Shown here: in pieces, positions 51,820-64,000 of the stretch | Layout: every line of letters starts with the position of its first letter | Numbering within the stretch: position 1 is the first letter of the stretch | Assembly: GCA_964016885.1 (NCBI GenBank) | Contig: OZ024762.1 | Coordinates: 19,282,001 to 19,346,000, forward strand | From: Eledone cirrhosa | Taxonomy: Eukaryota | DNA: 64,000 bases | Direction: 5' to 3' | Made by a program: the position numbers and the translations under genes | Notes under the pieces: model-generated | What the model was told of the DNA's origin: nothing | Databases searched by the model: none | The model's input: the letters and a program-made list of their open reading frames with translations, nothing else

Positions 51820-52453
51820 ATTGCGTCGGAAAGGTACAGGAAAAAAGAGTGCTCTATGTAGGTTACAGAGCTTTTTAGTTATAAGATAACTAGCATAAGA
51901 TAATTATTTCATTTACCAGTGGTTTCTTATCTTATGTTGTTTATTACATAACTATATATGGGCCTTCTCTCTATATCAGCCTGTAGGTTGAGGAAAAGGA
52001 GGAGGAGAGGAAAGGAGTACAAACTCTTCGTACTCCTGGAGATGAGGGTTGCAGATTTTTTCGGGGGTTATGTGTTACCCATATGAACTGTCTCCACCTA
52101 TTGTGGAAAATCGACTAATTTTTTAAATTGCATTTGTGATAATATTTTACACGTTTTTATTGTATGTAAACTTCCTCCTTTGTATTTGTCCCCTTCTTTT
52201 GTGCCCCTGTGGCTAATAAAGAAACATATATATATATATATATTCTTTTGTTTAACATGTTTAGCTTGATTCCTTTTATTGGCTCCGGTGGCTGATAGCC
52301 TCATGACCTGTTTTCAGTTTGTTTGGCCTCTATAACGTATGCTAATTGCTCTGGTCTTCTTTTAGTCCATTGAGCGCTTGCCGCATATCTCGAAAATTGC
52401 GTTTCGCTTTGTTTTTGACCACAGCCGAAATACGATCTCGCTGAAATTATATT

Positions 52454-52493
<40 letters not shown>

Positions 52494-52585
52494 GATAAAT
52501 CTACCAAGAGTTTACGGTAGTGTCCAATCCGTATGAAGAACTCAATGTAATCCGGATATCATGGAAAGAAGAGATGCAATGAAAA

Positions 52586-52734
52586 ATCATTTCTGAAGAC
52601 GGCATATATATGTGTTTGGTATGTATATTTAATTTTGATAGTTTGTATAATTTTGTATAATTTTGTACATAGATCTGTTGAATATTCATGCCAATTCTAA
52701 CACATATATATCCTAGAAACGATCGTTAAATAAT
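52586..52734 (+). ncRNA. Type-I hammerhead with ~116-nt stem II (H4)
   Basis: atcattt-CTGAAGA(52593-99)-..atatatatgtgtt tggtatgtatattta..tgaatattcatgcca..aacacatatatat..-GAAA(52716-19)-cgatcg-TT-aaataat. Confidence 0.75.
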
Positions 52735-52791
52735 GAACTTTTTTTGTTTAATATAAGGAACTGTTTCATTGTTTTATTCATTATTTTTTTA

Positions 52792-52843
<52 letters not shown>

Positions 52844-52959
52844 TGTGTGTGAGAGAGAGAGGGGGGGGGGGTAAATAGGAATAACACAATCTCGCCGCAA
52901 GACATGAAGGTATTTTCTCTCTAGCAGAACAGCCCCACTTTTTTTTTTTTTTTTTCAGA

Positions 52960-53180
52960 CAATATTTTCAGAAATCCTGGTTCCGCGACTAACCCAGGCT
53001 CTGCTGCAAATCAGGCCGAGAAAGGTAAACTCTCCAAATATCGATCGCTCTGCGACAGGTGTGGGGTCAAGCCAGTAGCAATGGAGACTTCTGGTGTACT
53101 TGGTCCTTGACCACATACCTACTCACCACCATCGGCACGGAGTTGGCTACCCACAGATGTGAACCCGCTCACCGTCACTA
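52960..53180 (+). pseudogene. CRE-like retrotransposon endonuclease fragment
   Basis: SATNPGSAANQAEKGKLSKYRSLCDRCGVKPVAMETSGVLGP*. Confidence 0.72.
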
Positions 53181-53212
53181 ACTATAATTAGACCTTTATT
53201 TACATCACGTCG

Positions 53213-53600
53213 AGACGCGTGGCCTAGTGGTAAGTGTGTTGGACTTACGATCATAATGTCGTGGGTTCGATTTCTGAGCTGGGTTGCGTGTTGTGTTCTT
53301 GAGCAAAACTCTTCATTTCACGTTGCTCCAGTACACTCAGTTGTGGTAAAGGTGTTGGACTTACGACCATAATGTCAGAGGTTTGATTCCTGGACTAGCT
53401 TGTGTGTTGTGTTCTTGAGCAAAACGCTTCATTTCACGTTGCTCCAGTATACTCAGCTGAAAATGAGTACCAGCAACAGCTGGTGGTTTAACCCTGCGAT
53501 GGACTGGCGTCCTGTCCAGGGGAAAGTCTTGTACTCTCAGTCGCTTCATGCCACGGAAATCTTGATAAGCTTTTGAGCCCCCGAGATTGAGTCAAACTTT
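53213..53600 (+). mobile_element. CORE-type SINE with duplicated 5' half
   Basis: tggcctagtggtaag (A box) and ggttcgatt (B box); the head and CORE repeat at ~53345. Confidence 0.85.
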
Positions 53601-53731
53601 ACACATTTTAGATTTACATCCAGAGGTCAACGTGTGGATATTTCAGTTAAAAACAAGAACTTGACTGGCCAGTTAAACTGGTTGTTGTCGTTGTTGTTGT
53701 TGTTGTCGTTGTCGTTCCCCTTGTTGTCGTC

Positions 53732-53764
<33 letters not shown>

Positions 53765-54028
53765 GTCGTCGTTGTTGTTGTTGCATAATTGTTTTTACCG
53801 ATGTTGTTTTTGTTTGCTTTGTGTGAGTATATGTGCTTGTGCCTGTGAGTGTATCTCAGTGTATGTGTGTGTATGTATGTCTGTGTTTGTAAATGTGTTT
53901 GTTTGTGTGTACCTGTGTGTGTCTTGTGTGTGTGTGTGTGCATGTCTCTCTCTGCGTGTGTATCTTCGTGTGTGTGCGTGTGCATGTCTGTGTGTGTCTG
54001 CGTGTGCATGTCTGTGTGAGTGTGTGTG

Positions 54029-54067
<39 letters not shown>

Positions 54068-54146
54068 GTAGGCTAATCTCTTTGTCACACAAAATTCCAC
54101 AAAACAGGTTAACAAAGAATGCCGTTATGTGTAATTTGATAATAAT

Positions 54147-54866
54147 AATTGTTTCTAATTTAGGCACAAGACCAGCAATTTCGGGAGGGGAGGGAAGATC
54201 GATTAAACCGGTCCCATTGTATTACTGGTACTTTATTTTATCGACACCGTAAAGATGAAAGGCAAAGTTAACCTCGGCGGGATTTGAACTGAGACCGTAA
54301 ACGGCCGTAACTATGTGCTGCAAAACATCGTGTCTGACGCTCTACCGATGCTGCCAATCCACCACCCCATAATGCTTTCTGATTTAAGCACAAGGCCAGC
54401 AATTTAGGGAACGGGGAAAATCGATTAAATCGAACCCAGTGCATTACTGGTACTTTATTTTATCGACCCCCGTAAGGACGAAAGGCAAACCTAACCTCTA
54501 TTGATTACTGCCAAGCCACAACAATGATGATGATGATGATGATGATGATTATTTGGACAATGATGATGATAGTGATAGTAGTGCTGGTGGAGGTGGAGGT
54601 GGTAGTGGTGAAGATGAGAAGAGTTGGTAATTAATTATGACGTTAACGGTGAAGATGATGATGATGATTATAATGATTATAATTGTTTCTACATTTGGCA
54701 CAAGGCCAGCAATTACCCAGTGCATTACTGGTACTTTATTTTATCGACCCCGTAAGGATGAAAGGCAAAGTCAACCTCGGCGGGATTTGAACTCAGATCG
54801 TAAAGGGACGTAACTATGCTGCAAAGCATGGCGTCCGATCCTCTACCGATACTGCCAATCCACCTC
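54147..54866 (-). mobile_element. Cluster of three SINE A copies
   Basis: 54147-54367, 54370-54500 and 54681-54866. Confidence 0.88.
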
Positions 54867-54939
54867 TATAATGATTATAATGATGTGGATAATGATGAGG
54901 GAGATGAGGAGGATTATGATGGTGATGATGATGGTGGTG

Positions 54940-57828
54940 ATTGAAGGCAAGAGGCTGAATTAAGTGCAAGAATTGCAGAAGCTGGTACATTAATGCACCA
55001 GCTTCAGCATTCAGTAATAAGAAGGGAGGTAGGTGTAAAAGCCAAACTCACTGTCTTCAATTCAGTATTCATGACAACCCTTGTCTATGGTCTTGAATCT
55101 TGGTAATGACCGAAAGAATACGATTGCGAATACAAGCGGACGAAATGGGATTACTTGGAGTAATGTTACTCGATAGAGTGTGTAGCTCGGAGATCATAGA
55201 GTCGCTCCATGTAGAGCTGCTACTTCTACGAATTGAGAGATCACAGCTCTGATACTATGGGTTCCTCCGAAAGGTCTTTGGAGTAACATTACTCGATAGA
55301 GTCTCTCCATGTAGAACTGCTACTTCTACAGATTGAGAGATCACAGCTCCGATACTATGGGTTCCTCCGAAAGGTCTTTGGTGTAACATTACTCGATAGA
55401 GTCGCTCCATGTAGAGCTGCTACTTCTACGAATTGAGAGATCACAGCTCCGATACTATGGGTTCCTCCGAAAGGTCTTTGGTGTAACATTACTCGATAGA
55501 GTCGCTCCATGTAGAGCTGCTACTTCTACAGATTGAGAGATCACAGCTCTGATACTATGGGTTCCTCTGAAAGGTCTTTGACGTAACATTACTCGATAGA
55601 GTCTCTCCATATAGAGCTACTACTTCTACGAATTGAGAGATCACAGCTCTGATACTATGGGTTCCTCCGAAAGGTCTTTGGTGTAACATTACTCGATAGA
55701 GTCTCTCCATATAGAGCTGCTACTTCTACAGATTGAGAGATCACAGCTCCGATACTATGGGTTCCTCCGAAAGGTCTTTGGTGTAACATTACTCGATAGA
55801 GTCGCTCCATGTAGAGCTGCTACTTCTACGAATTGAGAGATCACAGCTCCGATACTATGGGTTCCTCCGAAAGGTCTTTGGTGTAACATTACTCGATAGA
55901 GTCTCTCCATATAAAGCTGCTACTTCTACGAATTGAGAGATCACAGCTCCGATACTATGGGTTACTCCGAAAGGTCTTTGGTGTAACATTACTCGATAGA
56001 GTCTCTCCATATAGAGCTGCTACTTCTCCGCATTGAGAGATCACAGCTCTGATACTATGGGTTCCTCCGAAAGGTCTTTGGTGTAACATTACTCGATAGA
56101 GTCTCTCCATATAGAGCTGCTACTTCTACAGATTGAGAGATCACAGCTCTGATACTATGGGTTCCTCCGAAAGGTCTTTGGAGTAACATTACTCGATAGA
56201 GTCTCTCCATGTAGAACTGCTACTTCTACAGATTGAGAGATCACAGCTCCGATACTATGGGTTCCTCCGAAAGGTCTTTGGTGTAACATTACTCGATAGA
56301 GTCGCTCCATGTAGAGCTGCTACTTCTACAGATTGAGAGATCACAGCTCCGATACTATGGGTTCCTCCGAAAGGTCTTTGGAGTAACATTACTCGATAGA
56401 GTCTCTCCATGTAGAGCTGCTACTTCTACGAATTGAGAGATCACAGCTCTGATACTATGGGTTACTCCGAAAGGTCTTTGGAGTAACATTACTCGATAGA
56501 GTCTCTCCATGTAGAGCTGCTACTTCTACGAATTGAGAGATCACAGCTCTGATACTATGGGTTCCTCCGAAAGGTCTTTGGAGTAACATTACTCGATAGA
56601 GTCTCTCCATGTAGAGCTGCTACTTCTACGAATTGAGAGATCACAGCTCTGATACTATGGGTTCCTCCGAAAGGTCTTTGGAGTAACATTACTCGATAGA
56701 GTCTCTCCATGTAGAGCTGCTACTTCTACGAATTGAGAGATCACAGCTCCGATACTATGGGTTCCTCCGAAAGGTCTTTGGTGTAACATTACTCGATAGA
56801 GTCGCTCCATGTAGAGCTGCTACTTCTACAGATTGAGAGATCACAGCTCCGATACTATGGGTTCCTCCGAAAGGTCTTTGGTGTAACATTACTCGATAGA
56901 GTCTCTCCATATAGAGCTGCTACTTCTACAGATTGAGAGATCACAGCTCTGATACTATGGGTTCCTCCGAAAGGTCTTTGACGTAACATTACTCGATAGA
57001 GTCTCTCCGTGTAGAGCTGCTACTTCTACGAATTGAGAGATCACAGCTCCGATACTATGGGTTCCTCCGAAAGGTCTTTGGTGTAACATTACTCGATAGA
57101 GTCGCTCCATGTAGAGCTGCTACTTCTACGAATTGAGAGATCACAGCTCCGATACTATGGGTTCCTCCGAAAGGTCTTTGAAGTAACATTACTCGATAGA
57201 GTCGCTCCATGTAGAGCTGCTACTTCTCCGAATTGAGAGATCACAGCTCCGATACTATGGGTTACTCCGAAAGGTCTTTGGTGTAACATTACTCGATAGA
57301 GTCTCTCTATGTAGAGCTGCTACTTCTACAGATTGAGAGATCACAGCTCCGATACTATGGGTTCCTCCGAAAGATCTTTGAAGTAACATTACTCGATAGA
57401 GTCTCTCCATGTAGAGCTGCTACTTCTACAGATTGAGAGATCACAGCTCTGATACTATGGGTTCCTCTGAAAGGTCTTTGGAGTAACATTACTCGATAAA
57501 GTGCGTAACTCGAAGATCAGAGAGCCACTCCAGGTAGAGCCGCTACTTCTCCGAATTGAGAGATCACAGCTCCGAAACTATGGGCATGTGGTTAGAACGT
57601 CACAGGAAAGAATCGCTGGATGGATTTACGGGTAAAACCACCCGGCAAGAGACCCAGAGGTAGACCCCGAGCAAGATGGTTGGATAACATCCATGAGCTT
57701 GGCTGGTCACGATTGGGAGATCCAGCCAGATCAGTTGGAGAAGGTTGCTTCTGACAGGACCTGCTGGTAGGAGTGATTGAGGGACTCTGACCCCAAGACC
57801 TCAAGAATAAGTAGGCGAAGAAGAAGAA
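54940..57828 (+). mobile_element. 5'-truncated RTE-clade LINE (Rex3/Expander-like) with internal tandem array
   Basis: ELSARIAEAG..KAKLTVFNSVFMTTLVYGLESW/VMTERIRLRIQADEM..[array]..LLDKVRNSKIREPLQVEPLLLRIERSQLRNYGHVVR..GKRPRGRPRARWLD, with a (gaa)n tail. Confidence 0.9.
55191..57498. repeat. Exact 100-bp tandem array (22 full units plus partials)
   Basis: gttcctccgaaaggtctttgg (or a 1-2 nt variant) recurs every 100 bp from 55261 to 57461. Confidence 0.98.
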
Positions 57829-57887
57829 ATGTCCACTAGACGACGATGATGGAGGTGGGGGTGATGACCCCCGATGATCCTCGTCAT

Positions 57888-60800
57888 TACCACCACCACC
57901 ACCATCACCATCATCACTAATACTATCACCACCACCACCACCATCACTATCACCACCACCACCACCATCACTATCACCACGACCACCACCATCACCATCA
58001 TCACTAATACCATCACCACCTCCACCATGACGATCATCATCATAACCATCACCAATATCATTGCAATCATCATACCCTTCACCCCACCACCACCGCACCT
58101 ACAACAACCAGTACGACCACCAGTACCACTACCACCACTATTACCACTACTACCTCCACTACCACCACCACTACCACAACAAGAACCACCAGTACTACCA
58201 CCGGTATTACCAGCACCTCCACTACCCTCACTACCACCACAACCACCAGTACTACCGTGGTGGTAGTACTACCCCCACTACCACCAGTACCACCACCTCC
58301 ACCACCACCACCACCACCACCAGTACAACCACAACCACCAATACTTCCACCACCACTAGTACTACCACCACCACTACCACCAGTACTACCGTGGTGGTAG
58401 TACTACCCCCACTACCACCAGTACCACCACCACCACCACCACCACCACCACCACCAGTACAACCACAACCACCAATACTTCCACCACCACTAGTACTACC
58501 ACCACCACAACCACCAGTACTACCGTGGTGGTAGTACTACCACCACTACCACCACCCACTACCACCACCACCACTACCACCACCACCACCACCACCACCC
58601 ACCACCACCACCACCCACTACCACCACCACCACCACCACCCACTACCACCACCACCACCACCCACTACCACCACCACCACCACCCACTACCACCACCACC
58701 ACCACCACCACCCACCACCACCACCACCACTACCACCACCCACTACCACCACCACCACTACCACCACCACCACCACCCACTACCACCACCACCACCACCA
58801 CCCACTACCACCACCACCACCACCCACTACCACCACCACCACCACCACCCACTACCACCACCACCACCACCCACTACCACCACCACCACCACCACCCACT
58901 ACCACCACCACCACCACCACCACCCACTACCACCACCACCACCACCACTACCACCACCCACTACCACCACCACCACTACCACCACCACCACTACCACCAC
59001 CACCACTACCACCACCCACTACTACCACCACCACCACCACCCACTACCACCACCACCACCACCACCACCCACCACCACCACCACCACCACCACCACCACC
59101 CACTACCACCACCACCACCACCCACTACCACTACCACCACCACCACTACCACCACCCACTACCACCACCACCACCACCCACTACCACCACCACCACCACT
59201 ATCACCACAACCACCACCATTACTACCACCAGTGCTACCACCACCACAAACACCATTACTACCATTAGTACTACCACCAGTACCACCACCACAACCACAA
59301 CCACCAATACCACCACCACCAGTACTACCACAGCCACAACCACCAATACTAGTACTACCACCACCACTAGTACCACCACAACCACAATCACCATTACTAC
59401 CACTAGTACTACCACCAGTACCACAACCACAACCACCAATACCACCACCACCAGTACTACCACAACCACCAATACTACCACCACCACTAGTACTACCACC
59501 AACACTAGTACCACCACCACCACACCCACCATTACTACCACTAGTACCACCACCACCACACCCACCATTACTACCACTAGTACTACCACCACCACAATCA
59601 CCATTACTACCACTAGTACTACCACCAGTACCACCACCACAACCACAACCACCAATACCACCACCACCAGTACTACCACAACCACCAATACTACCACCAC
59701 CACTAGTACTACCACCAACACTAGTACCACCACCACCACACCCACCATTACTACCACTAGTACTACCACCACCACAATCACCATTACTACCACTAGTACT
59801 ACCACCAGTACCACCACCACAACCACAACCACCAATACCACCAGTACTACCACAACCACCAATACTACCACCACCACTAGTACTACCACCACCACTAGTA
59901 CTACCACCACCACACCCACCATTACTACCACTAGTACCACCACCACCACACCCACCATTACTACCACTAGTACTACCACCACCACACCCACCATTACTAC
60001 CACCAGTACCACCACCACAACCACAACCACCAATACCACCACCACCAGTACTACCACAACCACAACCACCAATACTACCACTAGTACCACCACCACCACA
60101 CCCACCATTACTACCACTAGTACTACCACCACCACACCCACCATTACTACCACTAGTACTACCACCACCACACCCACCATTACTACCACTAGTACTACCA
60201 CCACCACACCCACCATTACTACCACTAGTACCACCACCACCACACCCACCATTACTACCACTAGGACTACCACCACCACACCCACCATTACTACCACTAG
60301 TACCACCACCACCACACCCACCATTACTACCACTAGTACCACCACCACCACACCCACCATTACCACCACTAGTACCACCACCACCACACCCACCATTACT
60401 ACCACTAGTACTACCACCAGTACCACCACCATTACTACCACTAGTACCACCACCACCACACCCACCATTACTACCACTAGTACCACCACCACCACACCCA
60501 CCATTACTACCACTAGTACTACCACCACCACACCCACCATTACTACCACTAGTACTACTACCACCACCACACCCACCATTACTACCACTAGTACTACCAC
60601 CACCACACCCACCATTACTACCACTAGTACTACCACCACCACACCCACCATTACTACCACTAGTACCACCACCACCACACCCACCATTACTACCACTAGT
60701 ACTACTACCACCACACCCACCATTACTACCACTAGTACCACCACCACCACACCCACCATTACCACCACTAGTACTACCACCACCACACCCACCATTACTA

Positions 60801-61515
60801 CCACTAGTACCACCACCACCACACCCACCATTACTACCACTAGTACTACCACCACCACACCCACCATTACTACCACTAGTACCACCACCACCACACCCAC
60901 CATTACTACCACTAGTACCACCACCACCACACCCACCATTACTACCACTAGTACCACCACCACCACACCCACCATTACCACCACTAGTACCACCACCACC
61001 ACACCCACCATTACTACCACTAGTACCACCACCACCACACCCACCATTACTACCACTAGTACCACCACCACCACACCCACCATTACTACCACTAGTACTA
61101 CCACCACCACACCCACCATTACTACCACTAGTACCACCACCACCACACCCACCATTACTACCACTAGTACCACCACCACCACACCCACCATTACTACCAC
61201 TAGTACTACCACCACCACACCCACCATTACTACCACTAGTACCACCACCACCACCACACCCACCATTACTACCACTAGTACCACCACCACCACACCCACC
61301 ATTACTACCACTAGTACCACCACCACCACCACCACACCCACCATTACTACCACTAGTACTACCATTACTACCACTAGTACTACCACCAGTACCACAACCA
61401 CAACCACCAATACCACCACCACCAGTACTACCACAACCACAACCACCAATACTACCACTAGTACTACCACCACCACACCCACCATTACTACCACTAGTAC
61501 TACCACCAGTACCAC
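57888..61515. repeat. (ACC)n-derived satellite ending in a 33-bp minisatellite (~59880-61380)
   Basis: Unit ccaccacacccaccattactaccactagtac(t/c)a; several frames on both strands are open. Confidence 0.93.
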
Positions 61516-61604
61516 AATATCCAAGGAATATTTGACAAACGTTGGCATCACCAGTCAAGCCATTAATTACCGAACAGGTGGGAATTACTTTGGTAGATTA
61601 TCTA

Positions 61605-62462
61605 CTATTCTCTCTCTCTACCCTTCTCTCTCTATCTCTCTACCCTTCTCTCTCTATCTCTCTACCCTTCTCTCTCTATCTCTCTACCCTTCTCTCTCTA
61701 TCTCTCTACCCTTCTCTCTCTATCTCTCTACCCTTCTCTCTCTCTCTCTCTACACCCTTCTCTCTCTCTCTCTACACCCTTCTCTCTCTCTCTCTCTCTC
61801 TCTACACCCTTCTCTCTCTCTCTCTCTCTCTCTACACCCTTCTCTCTCTCTCTCTCTCTCTACACCCTTCTCTCTCTCTCTCTACACCCTTCTCTCTCTC
61901 TCTCTACACCCTTCTCTCTCTCTCTCTACACCCTTCTCTCTCTCTCTACACCCTTCTCTCTCTCTCTCTACACCCTTCTCTCCCGTTCTCTCTCTCCTTC
62001 TCATCGCTCTCTCTCTCTCTCCTTATCATCGCTCTCTCTTTCACCTCTCTCCCTTTCTCTCTCTCCCTTTCAACTCTCTCCCTCTCTCACACTCTCTCCC
62101 TTTCTCCCTCTCTCACACTCCCTCCCTCTCTCACACTCTCTCCCTCTCTCCCTTTCTCCCTCTCTCACACTCTCTCCCTTTCTCCCTCTCTCACACTCTC
62201 TCCCTCTCTCACAGTCTCTCCCTCTCTCCCTTTCTCCCTCTCTCCCTTTCTCCCTCTCTCACACTCTCTCCCTTTCTCCCTCTCTCACACTCTCTCCCTC
62301 TCTCTCACACACTCTCTCCCTCTCTCCCTCTCTCTCACACACTCTCTCCCTCTCTCTCACACTCACTCACTCTCTCACTCACTCACTCTCTCACTCACTC
62401 TCTCACTCTCTCACTCTCTCACTCTCTCTCTCACTCACTCACTCACTCACTCACTCTCTCTC
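61605..62462. repeat. (CT)-rich tract including a 22-bp unit
   Basis: cccttctctctctatctctcta repeats. Confidence 0.93.
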
Positions 62463-62619
62463 TATATATAGCTACAAACATGCATACATGCATACACATA
62501 CACACACATATATACACACATATATATATATACATAGTGAGAATCCTGCTAGTAAGGAATGAAAAGAATCAATTATACATATTTCTCCGTTTTTACGAAC
62601 CAGCTGAACAAATCCATTA

Positions 62620-63898
62620 TTTTGTGAAATGATTTCCTTTACAATCTACACAGGCCAGCTGCTCACCGTTGTAATCACAGCATTTACTACAGTACACTAA
62701 CAGTTTATTACAGTACACTAACAGTTTACTACAGTACACTAACAGTTTACTACAGTACACTAACAGTTTACTACAGTACACTAACAGTTTACTACAGTAC
62801 ACTAACAGTTTACTACAGTACAATAACAGTTTACTACAGTACACTAACAGTTTATTACAGTACACTAACAGTTTATTACAGTACAATAACAGTTTACTAC
62901 ATAACAATAACAGTTTACTACAGTACACTAACAGTTTATTACAGTACACTAACAGTTTACTACAGTACAATAACAGTTTACTACAGTACACTAACAGTTT
63001 ACTACAGTACACTAACAGTTTACTACAGTACAATAACAGTTTACTACAGTACACTAACAGTTTATTACAGTACAATAACAGTTTACTACAGTACACTAAC
63101 AGTTTACTACAGTACAATAACAGTTTACCACAGCACAATAACAGTTTACCACAGCATAATAACAGTTTACCACAGCACAATAACAATTTACTACAGTACA
63201 ATAACAGTTTACTACATCACAATAACAGTTTACTAAGGCACAATGTGGGTAATTGTGTAGCGGGAGCCAATATAGCGGTTGTTGGTCCAAGATAGACTTC
63301 TCTGCTTATCTATATTACTCTCCCTCTGGAGCTTCCCGGCAACATATCCTTGCATGATTCTTTGCTGATAAGCATTCACTTTTTGATCCATAGATTTGCT
63401 GCGGTACTGTTGGGCAGCTTCCCTGGGTGTGAGTTTTTTAGACATTTAATTAGCTTTCTTACATCAATGAAGCTGAAAATAGATACTGGAGAGGTTAGTA
63501 TAAATAATTATATTTACAATACGCTATAAATCTTAATAGATTGTAAGAGAGCAACCACCATCGGAAGATTTCATTTTAAACCATGTAAAACTGCTCTTGA
63601 AACAGTTCCTGTTTATATTTATTGTTTCTGATTATCGCACGGAATATCTTTGAAGGAGTTCCTTCCCAACTCTCATGATCTTATCTGTCTCATGCAGACA
63701 GACTTGCTGAATAGATGGGCTGCTACGTTTGGAGGTTCGTAAGTGTTGTCGGGGGGATTTGATGCGACACTTAAATGCCGTCTGGGCTGATGATAGGTTT
63801 CTGTCTCCCTGCTTACGTTTCAAGTAAAGGCGCTCTATTCCACTGTTGATGTGGAAGTTACCGGTGTGGCTTAGAATTTTTCGAGTTTTAACATCAAT

Positions 63899-63904
<6 letters not shown>
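62620..63904 (-). mobile_element. R4/Dong-like non-LTR retrotransposon fragment interrupted by an array
   Basis: IDVKTRKILSHTGNFHINSGIERLYLKRKQGDRNL (recalled R4 motif ID.KTRK......H......RLY..R..GGRGL), then MQGY..NIDKQRSLSW. After the array, GLCRL* resembles a CRLC knuckle. Confidence 0.75.
62683..63235. repeat. 21-bp tandem array (~26 copies)
   Basis: Unit cagtttactacagtacactaa. Confidence 0.97.
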
Positions 63905-63959
<55 letters not shown>

Positions 63960-64000
63960 GTTTCTACTACTGCTTCTACTACTACTACTACTACTACTAC

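Noticed and set aside
55261-57460. Repeat-spacer array beside a reverse-transcriptase-related ORF
   Set aside because: Units are homologous over their whole length and derive from the LINE itself.
59146-61558. 800-aa Gly/Cys-, Val- or Pro-rich proteins
   Set aside because: Overlapping frames on both strands are open purely because of composition, and there is no unique domain.

Overview
This is a eukaryotic, AT-rich and extremely repeat-dense window with a 200-N gap at 25204-25403. The SINE repertoire and microsatellite load suggest a cephalopod such as Octopus; this is an inference. No host protein-coding gene can be called with confidence: nearly all long ORFs are microsatellite or minisatellite artefacts, and the only recognisable peptides are retrotransposon fragments (RTE, CRE-like, R4/Dong-like, Penelope-like). 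Besides two tRNA-derived SINE groups and several DNA-transposon MITEs, two patterns stand out. (1) Over 25 short (60-450 bp) inserts, mostly in (TA)n tracts, belong to about 8-10 families and are often built as two head-to-head arms. Many fold into type-I hammerhead ribozymes: some intact, one family with a ~100-115 nt stem II, one with a CAGAAGA core. They most likely represent Penelope-like pLTR remnants or non-autonomous derivatives. (2) Three LINE clades and one SINE tail each carry an internal tandem array (100, 29, 21 and 104 bp units). Coordinates were read by eye and may be off by a few bases.
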